From an uncultured Planctomycetota bacterium (lineage in GTDB: Bacteria; Planctomycetota; Planctomycetia; Gemmatales; Gemmataceae), in contig CAWKHF010000005.1 of assembly GCA_963849325.1 (NCBI GenBank), forward strand, positions 384,001 through 448,000: 64,000 bases of DNA, read 5' to 3'. This document shows, piece by piece, positions 37,421 to 48,679 of the stretch (its first letter is position 1; the number at the start of each line of letters is the position of its first letter). The translations under genes were made by a program, and so were the position numbers. Under the pieces are notes generated by a model. That model saw nothing but the letters and a program-made list of their open reading frames with translations. It was not told where the DNA came from and did no database searches.

Positions 37421-38100
37421 TCATCCTTCCTCACCTGGCTCGCGGCCGTGCGGCGCCGCCTGTTCGTGCGCTTCGCCGTTGTGGTCCTCCGCGCGCACAA
37501 AACCACAAAACCCCGCTCCCCCCTGAAAATCTGGCCTCTTTTCCAGCAGGTCGGGAGGTTTTGTGGTTTTGTGGCGCGGAGTCGGAAGCGCGCGGAGGGA
37601 CGGCCGCCGCGTGGCCCGCTGGTGCTGTCGAGCCAATCGCCGAGTCCCGCACCGGCCAATTCGTCGAGAGCGGCCTTGGCGCCATCGCTCGTGGGATAGC
37701 GGGAGCGCAGCCCCGCCTGGACGACCCTCACCGTCGTCTCGCCCCCGCGCGCCTCGATCCACTCGAACAGGTCGCGGAGGCGGCGTTCGTCCTCCGTTTC
37801 GCAGAGGACGGCATAGACGCGCTCGGCTTCGCCGGCAAACCACTCCGCCAGGCGGATACCGGCATGGATGGATTGCTCTCCCACGGGCCGAATGTCTCCA
37901 ACCTCCACCGCGACATGCGCCACCACCGAATGCACCAGCGCCAGCCGGGCGGCGTATCCTTCCAACTTGGAAAGTGCGGCCGCCTCGGCATCCCATGCGG
38001 CGGCCTGTTTCTCACCCCAACGGTTGAACCAATCCACAAAAACGGCTTTGGCCGCCGGTGTCAGGCTCAGGAAGTGGAGCCTCCGCGTCGCTCCGACCAT
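37421..38100 (-). pseudogene. DUF3987/YfjI-like replication-protein C-terminal fragment
   Basis: LTPAAKAVF, SKLEGYAARLALV, winged-helix end with GPRGGRPS. Confidence 0.7.
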
Positions 38101-38134
38101 CAGGTGGTCGGCACCGACCTCCCAAGCTCACCCC

Positions 38135-39348
38135 CTACTCGTCGAACAGACTGCTTCCTTGGCGCTTGGCTCTCGCAGCCTCGTACTCGACGTGAAGCTC
38201 AGGAAGCCCCGGAAAGACTTTCCGCGCCGCCTCCATGAATTTCTCGTCCGAAAGGAGTTCGTAGGTCACGCCTTTGAAAACAACCTTCAGCTTCATTTCC
38301 CCGATTAGTCGCTCTGGCGTACCAGACGCCTGGGCGATCTCCTTGTCCAGTAGTCTCCGAATCGTGTCGGGGTCGGGGGTCGAAGCGAAGTATTTGCGCC
38401 AACGGTCAGGAGGGCTATTCTTGACCGAGCGAAACAGGGCTTCCACCAGTGCCTCTCGGTTGCGATCCATCGCCTGAGCGAGATTCTTGATTACTGACCG
38501 CTTGAAGAGTTCGATGCAGCGCCGAAGCTGCTCGACCTTTTTCTCGAAGACCGGCTTCACCTCCCTCAGGACAACATTTCCGTAGCCCGGAATCGTGGCC
38601 AAGTACGTCTTCACCAGCCAGGTCTTCGCATGTCGCAGCCGCTCTCCAGAAAGTTCGTCTCGCTCATCAACTAGCCGAAAACTGGCCTTGAGCCGCCGCT
38701 TCGTCTCGTCGTCCTTTGTCAGCCCCATGAGTTCTGCGGGAATCGGGATCGTCATGTCGCCCGATGTGGGTGCCGGACATCTCGAATTCGACGAACTCGA
38801 AGTTGGCGTTGAAGACCCGTACCGTGCGAGCGATGTCGAATTTCTGCACGGGGTTCTTCCTCAAGTCGATCTCGACCCTCTCCACGTCAGTCGCAGTCGC
38901 TTTATCAAGCCCGATGACTTGGCCCTTGACGCCGTGTTCGCCGTGGCCCAAGTCCCGCTCGATCTCCGGCGGCGTCCCGCCAAACACGACGGCATTGGGC
39001 GTATCGGGGCTGGACGGGTCGGCCTCGATAAGTGCGGGTGTCCGAGACGATCAACCCGATTCTGATGCCCGGCTGCCGCTGGATTATCGTGCCGAGTTCG
39101 GCGGCGGTTGATTCGAGGATCTTCAGTCCGTCAAAATCCCCGTAGCCCAGCCGAAATACCTCTGGGTCGAGGTCCAGAATCACGTTCACCCCATTGCCGC
39201 CGAGCTGCCTCCATTTCTCACGGATGGCGGAAGCCACCGTCGTACTGACTGCAGGGGCCAGCACGACGAGCCGGCTGGCTGCCCGTGCGATGAGATCGCA
39301 CATTGCCTGATCGCTTGCGGCTGTGATAGACCGTTGTTGGTTGCTCAT
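38135..39348 (-). CDS. Uncharacterised ~400-aa protein with degenerate PLD-like N-terminus (frameshifts ~39037, ~38757)
   Basis: LIARAASRLVVLAPAV, VILDLDPEVFRLGYG, RIGLIVSD; three ORF pieces join colinearly. Confidence 0.65.
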
Positions 39349-39433
39349 CGCCACATTCTCATTCTCTCAGATGCGACGCACGGCACGGCGTCCACAGTTT
39401 TGCGGCGCCGTCGGATGCTCCGCTAACGCATCT

Positions 39434-39850
39434 TTACTCTCTCCCGGCGGGATCAAGCCGACCGCATTCCTGCAAGCGCTGTTGCCTGTCTTCCCAATCC
39501 GGCATGTAAGCGAACAGGAAGCTCTTGAAGAGCTTGCCGTGATTCGGCGCCAGGAAATGCACTAATTCATGGACAATGACGTACTCGGCCAGTTCCTGCG
39601 AAATGCCGAGCAGATGCGTGTCGAGCGTCAGCCGCCCCTTCAAGGACACGGACCCCCATTTCGACTTCATCGGGCGTATGTGGATTTGCGCGGGTCGAAC
39701 GCCGATCCGCGTCGCCCAATGCCTCGCCGCCCAGCGCAGATCGTCAGCATCGCGCCAAGCGCCACCGTACCCCTGTCCGTTCTCGGACGGGGCGCGGCGG
39801 TTGCTCTTGGCACCTCTTGCCTTCGTTGTCCGTGCCTTCCGCTGGCTCAT
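39434..39850 (-). CDS. M48/YgjP-like metallopeptidase accessory to type I RM
   Basis: MKSKWGS, YVIVHELVH, NHGKLF; ATGA overlap with hsdR. Confidence 0.88.
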   Translation of the reverse strand: MSQRKARTTKARGAKSNRRAPSENGQGYGGAWRDADDLRWAARHWATRIGVRPAQIHIRPMKSKWGSVSLKGRLTLDTHLLGISQELAEYVIVHELVHFLAPNHGKLFKSFLFAYMPDWEDRQQRLQECGRLDPAGRE

Positions 39851-42718
39851 ACGCGCTGCAACCTCAGCAGGGTGTTGGCGACTTCAATCAGCTTGGCCGG
39901 TCCCACGATGGGACGGAGCGCCTTGTACACCTCGGCGCGCAGTTGGCCCTTCTGTTGCTGGTCCCATTGGTAATCCGGGTATCGGTCGAAGATGCCGTTC
40001 AATGTTCCGGCTTGCTCGGTCGTGACGGCCGGCGCCACGAGCTTCACGGTGGTATAGATGGCAAAGGTGTTCTCATCGACACCGAGCCGCTGGCGGTCTT
40101 CGTCCGATTCGACGTAGCGCTGGGCCAGGTTCTGGAAGTCCAGCAAGACTTGCTGCGTGGTGAGCTGCCGGTCTTCATACGCTTGCGCCAACTGCTCGGC
40201 GCGCTCACCGATGGATGTCAGGAACGGCTTCGCCGCCCCGTCGCGCTGGACGGCTGCGGTCAGCAGCTTGCGGAGGTTCAGTATCTTGGCGACGTCGGAC
40301 GTGTCTGCCTGTTTCAGAGCGGCCAACTCGGCGGCGCCCAGTTCGTGGACCGCTCCCGGCAGTTGCACATACTGGCCGTCCGTGTGCTCGCGTAGCAGCT
40401 CGCGCGTCTTCGCGGTCATTTCCCGATCGACATAAGCGCGATCCGCATAGGCGTTGCGGATCAGGGCGAACAACTCGGACAGGGCCAGGTAATCCTCCAA
40501 GAAAGGCCGCAGGAACGCATCGGGGGAGAGGATGTCATACAGCCCTTGCAGCTGCTTGAAGAACTTGAAGAACTCTTCACGCTTCCCTCGCTCGGCAAAG
40601 TGATCGATGGCCCTCTCCTTGGCCTTGTCGTCGAAGCCGCGAGCAAGCGGCAGATAATCCGGCGCCGCTTCGCGCATCCAGGTGGCGAATAGCTTTTTCA
40701 GTACATCCACGTTTTGGATGACAGAGGCCACGATGTCGGAATCGAATGCCAGCGCCTGCTCCAGCTTCTCGAAGATGCCCACGAAATCGAGGACGAACCC
40801 GCACGGCTTCACCAGGCCATCCTCGTCCTCATAGGGCCGATTGACGCGGGCGATGGCCTGCAACAGCACATGGTCGCGCATCGGCTTGTCGAGGTACATG
40901 CAATAGAGGATCGGCGCATCGAAGCCGGTCAGCAGCTTCTCGGTGACGATCAGGATTTTCGGCAGTGCATCCTTGCGGACGAAAGCCTTGCGTACTCGCT
41001 TCTCCTCGTCGCTCTCCAGGTAATGCTCTTTCAAGTGCTCCTCGTCGTTGTGGCTCGGCGAGTACACAACGCGCGAGTAGTCAGGCGGAAGGTACTTATC
41101 GAGCGCCTGCTTGTACAGCACGCACGCCTCGCGGTCCACCGCGACCACGAACGCCTTGAACCCCATCGGCTCGACCGTGTTCCGGTAGTGCTCGGCGATG
41201 TAGCGGGCGATCGGCTCGATGCGCGTCCGCGCCTTCATCAACTCTTTCAGTTCCACGGCGCGATCGAGGATGGCGTTCAGTTCTTCCACGTCACTGATAC
41301 CCTGCGCCTCCGCCAGGTCCAGAAACCGCTTTTCCAGCGTTTCGCGGTCTACCAGCAGATGCGACGGCGCCAGGGCGTAATGGAGCTTGACCGTCGTGCC
41401 GTCTTCGATCGACTCGGCGATGGAATACTTGTCGAGGTAGCCCTGCTCATCGTCCACGCCGAACACCTTGAAAGTGCCCTTGCCCTGCGAGGTCCGGTCA
41501 ATCGGCGTGCCGGTGAAGCCGAGGTAAGTGGCATTCGGCAGAGCACCCATCAGGTAGTTGCCGAGATGGCCGCCAGTGGTACGGTGGGCCTCATCGACCA
41601 GAACGATGATGTTCTCGCGGCGGTTCAGGTTGGCGGGGATGTCGTCAAACTTGTGGATCATCGACACGACCAGGCCGCGATAGTCCGAGGCCAGGATGTC
41701 TTGCAGTTCGCGCTTGCTGTGCGCCTCGCACGGGCTGGAGATGCCGTAGTGGGCCAGGTTCTGTAAAAGCTGGCCTTCCAGTTCCAGCCGGTCCACGATC
41801 ATCAGCACAGTCGGCTTGTCGCCGCCCCGCGTCTCGCGCAGCAGCCGAGAGGCAATGGCGATCATCGTCAGCGTCTTGCCGCTGCCTTGCGTGTGCCAGA
41901 CCAGTCCACGACGCTTGACCGGATCGCGCGCCCTGCACGACCGCCTTCTCGACCGCGCGCGTCTGGTGCTGGCGCAGGATGATCTTGACCAGCACGTCAT
42001 CGCGGTTCAGGAAGACGAGATGTTCGCGCAGCAGACGCAGGAAGCGCGGCCGGTCGAAGAAGCCCTTGACCTTCCGCTCGTAGTCGCCCGGCTCTTCGTC
42101 CTTCCAGTTGAACAGTCCCTTGCGGGCCGTGTTCCAGGTGACGCCGTAGAAGAAATCGACCAGTTGCGTGACCTCGAAAACCTGGCTGGACGTGAACAGC
42201 TCCGGCGTCTCGTTGTGGTAGCGGCGGACTTGCTGGACGCCTTCCTCCAGACCGTCGGGCTTGGCGGCCTTCTTGGTTTCGGCCACGGCCACGGGCAGGC
42301 CGTTGATGAGGAATACCACGTCCGCCCGGTTGCGGTAGACGGCGCCGCGCTGCACCCATTCGTCGGTGACGTGGAAGAGGTTCTTGTCGGGGTTGTCGAA
42401 GTCGATGAGGCGGACGTTACGCTCGCGGTTCTCATCGGGGACGAAGATCGATTGCTCGCCGCGCATCCAAGAAAGGGCGTCTCGGTTGCCTTCAATGGTG
42501 GGGCGGAGCAGGTTGAGCCGACGGATGACCTCGGCGGCCCGGTCGCTGTCAAGGACGCCGGGGTTGAGGCGGACGAGTTGAGCGGCCAAGTCGTCGCTGA
42601 GGAACAGCCCGCGGTCGCCGCCGCGCCGGGCCAAGGCGTCGGCGGGAGAGACGTACTGCCAGCCGATCTCGCCGGCGTACTTGAGCATGGGATTCTGCAC
42701 TTCGGAGCGTTCGCTCAT
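39847..42718 (-). CDS. hsdR: Type I restriction endonuclease subunit R (frameshift ~41935)
   Basis: [52 protein letters not shown]. Confidence 0.95.
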
Positions 42719-42884
42719 GGCTCGTTCTCCAGGGAGTTTTACGGCGTAGTAATGGAATAGCCCGGATTGAGTCGCTTAATGCAAGCTGTTTTATTATAAA
42801 GCAAGTTGCGTCATATACGATTGCTGCATTAGCTTCGCATTTTATGCGTTTGACCAGAGCAATTGCCGTTGTACAGTTCGTCCG

Positions 42885-43205
42885 CTAGATTCTTTCCCAG
42901 TGTCCTGTCCGTAGCTTGCCGACAAAGCGAACCCGGCCCTCTTCGCGTAACTCGTGCAGGAGGCGTAGGATTTGATTGCGGCTCAAGTCTTTCAATACGT
43001 CCAGAAACTCTTGCATAGTGCCTTGGTTCTCGTGATGCTCTAGGTGCTTGAGGATCAATTCTTTGTTGGTTTCCTTGTCGAGGCCGCGTTCGCGGGTGTA
43101 AATGCCTTTCTGCCCTGCCACCGACGTAATACTTCTTGGAGAGCATGTAGTGCGTGCCGCGTGCTCAGCCGATCTTTTCGACAAGTCGTAACTTAAGGAC
43201 GGTGG
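42885..43205 (-). pseudogene. Orphan C-terminal fragment of an AlbA/RecG-like ATP-binding protein
   Basis: LVEKIG*ARGTHYMLS...RVRFVGKLRTGHWE parallels LLEKVGRTRGAHYTLS...RIRFVGTRRSGHWE of the upstream gene; in-frame TGA. Confidence 0.7.
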
Positions 43206-43366
43206 TGCGTTCGGTGCCGGACATAGCTCTCTCTCGAATAGGTGTATCAGAGATCGCAGGATTTCCGCCAATTGCCAAGCATTCTAAGTCGTTTCCAACA
43301 AAAACGTTGCGGCATTATCAATGCATGGTATTGCAGGGGGAGATACCATTCCCCGTCAATCCATCC

Positions 43367-44560
43367 TCAAACTTTCTCCCAGTGTCCTGAACGGCGGGTG
43401 CCGACGAAGCGAATACGGCCGGCTGATTGCAAGTCTCTGAGAAGCCACTGAAGCCGACCGCGTGTCAAATGGAACAACCGCTGCGCGAACTCGTGAAAGG
43501 TGGCCGTCCCGTGCTGGTCAAGGTAATCCAGGAGTGCTTGTCGGTCGGCTTCTCGGCCCGACGCCGGCGGGTGGACGGTCCCCCATTTCAGGGACAGGGT
43601 GTAGTGAGCGCCTCGGGTCCGTCCGACCTTTTCCAGGAGCCCCAGCTGGAGCAACCGCTGAACGCGGTCGTCGGCTTTCCGGACCTTGCGACGGTGCATT
43701 TCCTCAAGCAGGAGGAAATCGTAGAGGTCAAGGTTCAATTCTTCGTGCCGTGCGACCCGAGCCATGAAACTGGCAAAGTCGGTGTCCTGGAGGGAACAGT
43801 CGAGGCGGAGCAGGACGCGGTTGGCATCGCTGCCGCCGTAATCCGGCCGCCGCTTGCCTTCCGTGACCATCAGGCGGAACATCTTGTCTACCCCCTGGCT
43901 CGAGCGTTCGATCAGCCCGGCCTTTTGCAGCGCGTCGGCGAGCAGACGGTTCCGGCGGTACTGCCGCTGCAGGACGGTTTCGGGGGTGATGCTGTCTGGG
44001 AAACCGCCCGGACTCTCGACCTCCAGCCGTAAAGGATATTGCCGCACCAAGATGGATTCGCCGTTGCGGTAGTCGCGGTGGCACACGGCGTTGAGCAGCG
44101 CCTCGCGAACCACCTCCTCGTTGAAGGCGGGCACCTGGGTAATGACCATGCCGTCGCGAACCGGCTGGACCTCGTTGCGCAGGTTAATAAGATTCCATAC
44201 CTCGTCATCGTAGAGCAAATAGCCCTGGCGGTATTCTTTCCTCTGCTGATAGGGAATCGAAGAGAGCCTACTGCGGTACTCGAAGATCAGTTCCGCTGGG
44301 GCCAGGTGCCGGCGGATGGCCGCTTCCTTGCCCAGGAGGACCAACGCGGCGACGGTCACGCTTCCTGCGTGATCGATCAGCTCGGCATCCGCCAGGAGCC
44401 GGACGGCAGGCAGCTTGAGCAGTTCGCCGTTGCCGCTTTTGCGGTGCCAGAGAGAGCGGAAACGTTCGATGCCATCGGGATCAAGGTGGTCGATGTTCGC
44501 CCCGCTGAGAACCAGGGCGGAGAAGTCAGGCTGGCGTTCCGCGAAGATGGCCTGCAAGAA
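43367..44560 (-). pseudogene. AlbA_2/HATPase_c_4 (RecG C-terminal-like) ATP-binding protein lacking its N-terminus
   Basis: REALLNAVCHRDY, ESPGGF, RNRLLA, ERSSQGVD; begins abruptly at LQAIFAE. Confidence 0.75.
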
Positions 44561-44917
44561 CGCCCGTATTCGAGAACCCGTTGGAGGAAGGATGTTTCGG
44601 CCACTCCCGGTTTCGCACGAAATGCTGCAATTCCGCGACCGATACAGTATTCTTGGTCAGCCACATTCATGCGCCCTGTGGTATTACCACGGACGCAGAA
44701 CAAGATGTCACCGGGTAAGCATAATCTCGTCGGGGCAAAGGTCCACTGAACTGGCTTGGGATAGTTTAGGCCAAACTCAGCGGGACCGTTGATTAGCGGT
44801 TTGCCGTTCCCTTCGACATTGTACGTCTCACCGGGCGGGGACTGCCCCATCACTATGGAGGCAGCTTCGCCCAGTTCGAACAGAGCGCCAGTAATCGGGT
44901 AATCTTGGCCTCGTCAT
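44560..44917 (-). pseudogene. hsdS: Type I specificity subunit, 5' fragment (partial first TRD)
   Basis: ATGA overlap with hsdM; LGEAASIVMGQSP, GDILFCVR, CIGRGIAA; truncated. Confidence 0.8.
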
Positions 44918-46587
44918 GGCTCGCTTGTTCCACTGAGGAGGCCGAGCATTGCCAAGAGCGTATCAAGCTCCACGTCCGCCTTCTCCCCCTCCACTCGTGC
45001 CGCCTGCAAGTCCGCTAGAATCTTTGCCAGGGAACGGTGATTCACCCGGTCGTTGACCTCCACGAACTGCGACGGGCTGAGGTTGTAGTCCGCCGCTTGC
45101 ACTTCCGCCAGCGTGACAATGCGGCTCAGCTTCGGCCGGCTCTCCCAGCGGCGGAACACCTCGGCCACCGCCTGAATGCCTTCCGCCGTCAGCACGTTTT
45201 TCGGCTTCTCCTTGCGGAAATGAGCGGAAGCGTTCACCAGCAGGATTTGCCCCTTCCGCGCCGCCGGCTTGCCGCGTGCCAGCACCACAATCACGCCGGG
45301 GGCCGTCGTGTTGTAAAACAGGTTCTCCGGCAGCAGGATCACGCCCTCGATCAGGTCGCCCTCCACGAATGCTTTGCGAATTTCGCGTTCCTTGTTCGTC
45401 TGCCGGCTGCCGGAGCCGCGCGACACGGCGCCGGTATCCAGCACCACCGCCGCCCGGCCCGTCTCATTCAGCGAGGCCAAGACGTGTTGCAGCCAACCCC
45501 AATCCGCTGAAGACCGTGGCGGGAAGCCGAACGTGAAACGGCGATAGGGGTCGTTATCGTAAAACGATTCGTCGTAGTTGTCCTGGTTCCACATGGGGTT
45601 GGCGATGACGTAATCGAACTGCTTCAAGCCGGCGCCGGGGGCCGAAAAGCTGGGATTGCGAAAGGTGTCGCCCAGGGCGATCCGGGCGCTCGTGTCGCCG
45701 TGCAGTACGAGGTTCATCCGCGCCATGGCGAACGTGGCCGGGTTCAATTCCTGACCGTACAGCTTCGGCGCCTGGCCCCACTTGTTCGGATAACGCTCCC
45801 GGTAGATGATGCGAGCTTTGATGAGCAGTCCACCCGACCCACACGCGCAATCGTAGACCTCCATGCGCGGCCGCGGATCGAGTACCTCGGCCATCAAGCG
45901 GCCGACCTCCATCGGCGTGTAGAACTCGCCGGCGCTTTGCCCCTGTCCCTCAGCGAACTTGCGCAGCAGGTACTCATACGCTTGCCCGAGCACGTCCGGC
46001 GCGGTGTCCTCCAACCCCAGGCGATGCCGACTGATGACCTCGACCAGGGCGGCTAGGCGATCGTCGTCGAGGATACGCTGGCCAGCCTGGCGCTCATTGA
46101 AGTCCTTCACGTCGAGGACGCCTTGCAGTTCCGGATTGAGCCGGGCGGTTTCGCGCAAGGCCAGGGTGATGAACTCCCCGAGTCGGCCGTCAGTAGGGTG
46201 GTTGCGCACGGCTTGCCAGTTGTAGGCGCAGGGAACATAAAAGCGAACAATCGGTGGCCGGTTGGAAGCAAGGGCGTCCGTGTGGTCGGCTTCGATGATT
46301 TCCCGCGCCACGGCCTCCTCGCCGAAGAGCTGGACTTTCTCTGCCAGCTCATCATCGAATACGTCCGAGAGGCGCTTGAAGAAGATCAGGGGGAGGATGT
46401 AATCCTTGAACTTGGGGGCGTCCGTGGCGCCGCGGATGGCGCAGGCGGCGTCCCAGAGCCAGGTTTCCAGACTGCTGAGATCGAGGTGTTCGTCTGAGGC
46501 AGAGGCTGACGATTCAGAGGGTTTCTGGCCGTTGTCAGTGGCGGCGTGTTTGTTGCTTCTTCGGCGGCGTGGTTTCTCTGCGGCCAC
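44914..46587 (-). CDS. hsdM: Type I RM methyltransferase subunit
   Basis: LWDAAC, GEFYTP, YDCACGSGG, YGQE, ANPMWN, LPENLFYNT, YNLSP. Confidence 0.95.
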   Translation of the reverse strand: MAAEKPRRRRSNKHAATDNGQKPSESSASASDEHLDLSSLETWLWDAACAIRGATDAPKFKDYILPLIFFKRLSDVFDDELAEKVQLFGEEAVAREIIEADHTDALASNRPPIVRFYVPCAYNWQAVRNHPTDGRLGEFITLALRETARLNPELQGVLDVKDFNERQAGQRILDDDRLAALVEVISRHRLGLEDTAPDVLGQAYEYLLRKFAEGQGQSAGEFYTPMEVGRLMAEVLDPRPRMEVYDCACGSGGLLIKARIIYRERYPNKWGQAPKLYGQELNPATFAMARMNLVLHGDTSARIALGDTFRNPSFSAPGAGLKQFDYVIANPMWNQDNYDESFYDNDPYRRFTFGFPPRSSADWGWLQHVLASLNETGRAAVVLDTGAVSRGSGSRQTNKEREIRKAFVEGDLIEGVILLPENLFYNTTAPGVIVVLARGKPAARKGQILLVNASAHFRKEKPKNVLTAEGIQAVAEVFRRWESRPKLSRIVTLAEVQAADYNLSPSQFVEVNDRVNHRSLAKILADLQAARVEGEKADVELDTLLAMLGLLSGTSEP

Positions 46588-46779
46588 AGTCGAATCCCCT
46601 GTTGCCTATCCTTGGTGCCGGCTTCGTTGTCGCCCGCATGACAGCCTCCTCTGTGCGGCCCGAAATGACAGGCAATATGGTAGGGATGGGATGCTGGAGC
46701 ACCAGCGAACGCCTGTCCACCGTAAGGCGGCACCATGGGGGAGGGAGCATTCGTATTCATTCTACATCGTCCTGCCCGG

Positions 46780-46990
46780 TCAGCTTCGACGGTCGGCAAG
46801 GCGGCTGGCCTTCAAGGCCAGCAGCAGCTGGCTCAGGCTCAAAGCCTTCGGGTCGTCCATGAGGGTCCGTAGCGCCGCAGGGTTGCGACGGAAGGCGTCC
46901 ACCCGCTTATCGTGTTCCTGAGCACTGCGGTAGGTCAGTTCGTGGCAGTGCCGGCAACCGAAGTAGCGGGCGCTCGGCGGCAGATAGGGG
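46780..46990 (-). pseudogene. Zn-finger-like fragment of an integrative-element protein
   Basis: YLPPSARYFGCRHCHELTYRS. Confidence 0.5.
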
Positions 46991-47235
46991 CCTCTTTCGA
47001 CCTCTTCATCGCCCATCCCTTCTGTCCAAACCTTGATGAGTTAACGGCCCGCTTCGCTTTCGCTCGGAGAGGGCGGCTGGCCCTCCGACGAAAGGCGGGC
47101 CGCGTTTTTATTCATTAAAAACGTTCGGCCTCTCGGTTTCCCCTTGCGAGGTCCGAAAACTCAACGTAGAACGGATACAGTTCGTACGCGGATTCACCTT
47201 CGTTCGACCCTCACCCCTGTCTCAAGAGGTGCCCG

Positions 47236-48627
47236 ATGAAGTGTCGCCTGCCTCGGAGGACGTGTCGCCTGCCCCGCTTGTTTCTAGCTGTTCTGCTCGG
47301 CTGCCTGGTGTTCGGTGTACGCGGGGCTTATGCCCAGGGGAAGGCCAACGGTGCTCGCATCGAGGAACGTCCGTTCTTGCTCTACGCGCTGGAAAGCATG
47401 TCGGTTCGACGCCCCACCGACACGAACCGGCCGGGCAGCCGCTGCGAATCGCCCCACGTGTTTTTGGCGCGGTACGTCGCGGAGCAACGTCTCGTCTGCG
47501 ATACCCTGCGACGTCACGTGCAGAAACGCAAGATCGAGGAACTCACGCCGCTGTTCGAGAACTATGAGAAGGAATTGAACGTGCTCGATGAATGGTTCAA
47601 GGCTCTCGATAAGCCGTGGGTCGCCTACAACCAGAAAATGTCGGCGGCGGCTTCGGTCTCCTCGACGCGAATGCTGGTGACCGGCCTGGGCTACGCCCTG
47701 GCCCCGGTCGCCGTGGGAGACGAGCGCAAGCATTTCGCCCGCAGCCTCAACGGCATGTTCCAGACCGCCATCGCCGAAGGACAGAGAATGCGCGTCTTCA
47801 GCGCCGCCGCCGGCGCCGAACTGAAGTCCAGCTTCCAAAGCGCCAACGAGCAATTTTCCCCGCGCTGGGAGAAAAGCCATCAGCAGTTTCAGACGCAATT
47901 CGAGGAGTTCGTCCAGACGAGCAAGACCGAGGACGCGGAGTTCGCTTTCCAGGTAGCCAAAAGCGATTTGCCTCCCGAGCGAAACCCGTTTTTGCGGACG
48001 GCGAAGGCGGCCGCGATCTTGAACAACAAGGACGCCAGCGTCAAGGAGCTGATGGAGCAGGCGGAAGTATGCCGGCAAGCCGCCGGCATGGTGCCCGCCG
48101 ATCGCGTTTTCAACCTCTACCGCGCGGCCTTCCTCGGCGTCGCCGGCACCATCGCCAACCGGGCCGCCGCCAAGGACCTCGGCGTCACCGGCTTCCCTGC
48201 CAGGCCGAAAGATGCCCCGGAAGCCGGAAAATTGGCCTACAAAATCTGGACCGCCTACGCCAAGGTCGAGCCGTTCGACACCAATTACACCGAGGAGGTC
48301 GTTCGCGCTTTCATCCTGGCCTGCGCCCAGGCGGGGTACGCGGCCAACGCCCAGGCCGTCATCCTCAAGGCCATCGTCATCCTCCGGGGTACCGGCCGAT
48401 TCCAAAACGCGATGCTGAACGCCAATGCCTCCGTGCGCCCGGAGTTCTGGTACGATTGCGCCCGTGTCTCCAGCTTTACCGGCAACACCCGTGTCAGCCT
48501 GGCCTGTCTCGGCCAGGCGGTGAAATTGGGTTTCCGCGAGATGGAGTCGGCCAAGGTCCATCCGGACCTCCGCAACGTCCGCGAGGATAGCGCCACGGCG
48601 GCGACGTTCAAACGCCTCTTCCCCTGA
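47236..48627 (+). CDS. Exported hypothetical protein with C-terminal TPR-like helices
   Basis: Signal peptide; WYDCARVSS...LGQAVKLGF...PDLRNVRE TPR-terminal pattern. Confidence 0.7.
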   Translation: MKCRLPRRTCRLPRLFLAVLLGCLVFGVRGAYAQGKANGARIEERPFLLYALESMSVRRPTDTNRPGSRCESPHVFLARYVAEQRLVCDTLRRHVQKRKIEELTPLFENYEKELNVLDEWFKALDKPWVAYNQKMSAAASVSSTRMLVTGLGYALAPVAVGDERKHFARSLNGMFQTAIAEGQRMRVFSAAAGAELKSSFQSANEQFSPRWEKSHQQFQTQFEEFVQTSKTEDAEFAFQVAKSDLPPERNPFLRTAKAAAILNNKDASVKELMEQAEVCRQAAGMVPADRVFNLYRAAFLGVAGTIANRAAAKDLGVTGFPARPKDAPEAGKLAYKIWTAYAKVEPFDTNYTEEVVRAFILACAQAGYAANAQAVILKAIVILRGTGRFQNAMLNANASVRPEFWYDCARVSSFTGNTRVSLACLGQAVKLGFREMESAKVHPDLRNVREDSATAATFKRLFP

Positions 48628-48679
48628 AACTCCGCCTCGATGGCCGTCGCGCGGGTGTCGAGGAAGAAAGGGGGAATCC

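Larger units (their letters stand above)
36607..47000 (-). mobile_element. Decayed tRNA-Cys-integrated element (may extend towards 54056)
   Basis: Integrase remnant abutting the tRNA, DUF3987 remnant, type I RM cargo, Zn-finger remnant. Confidence 0.75.

Noticed and set aside
47032-47095. Hammerhead ribozyme (TTGATGAG...CGAAA)
   Set aside because: The core is not CUGAUGA and the stem geometry does not fit
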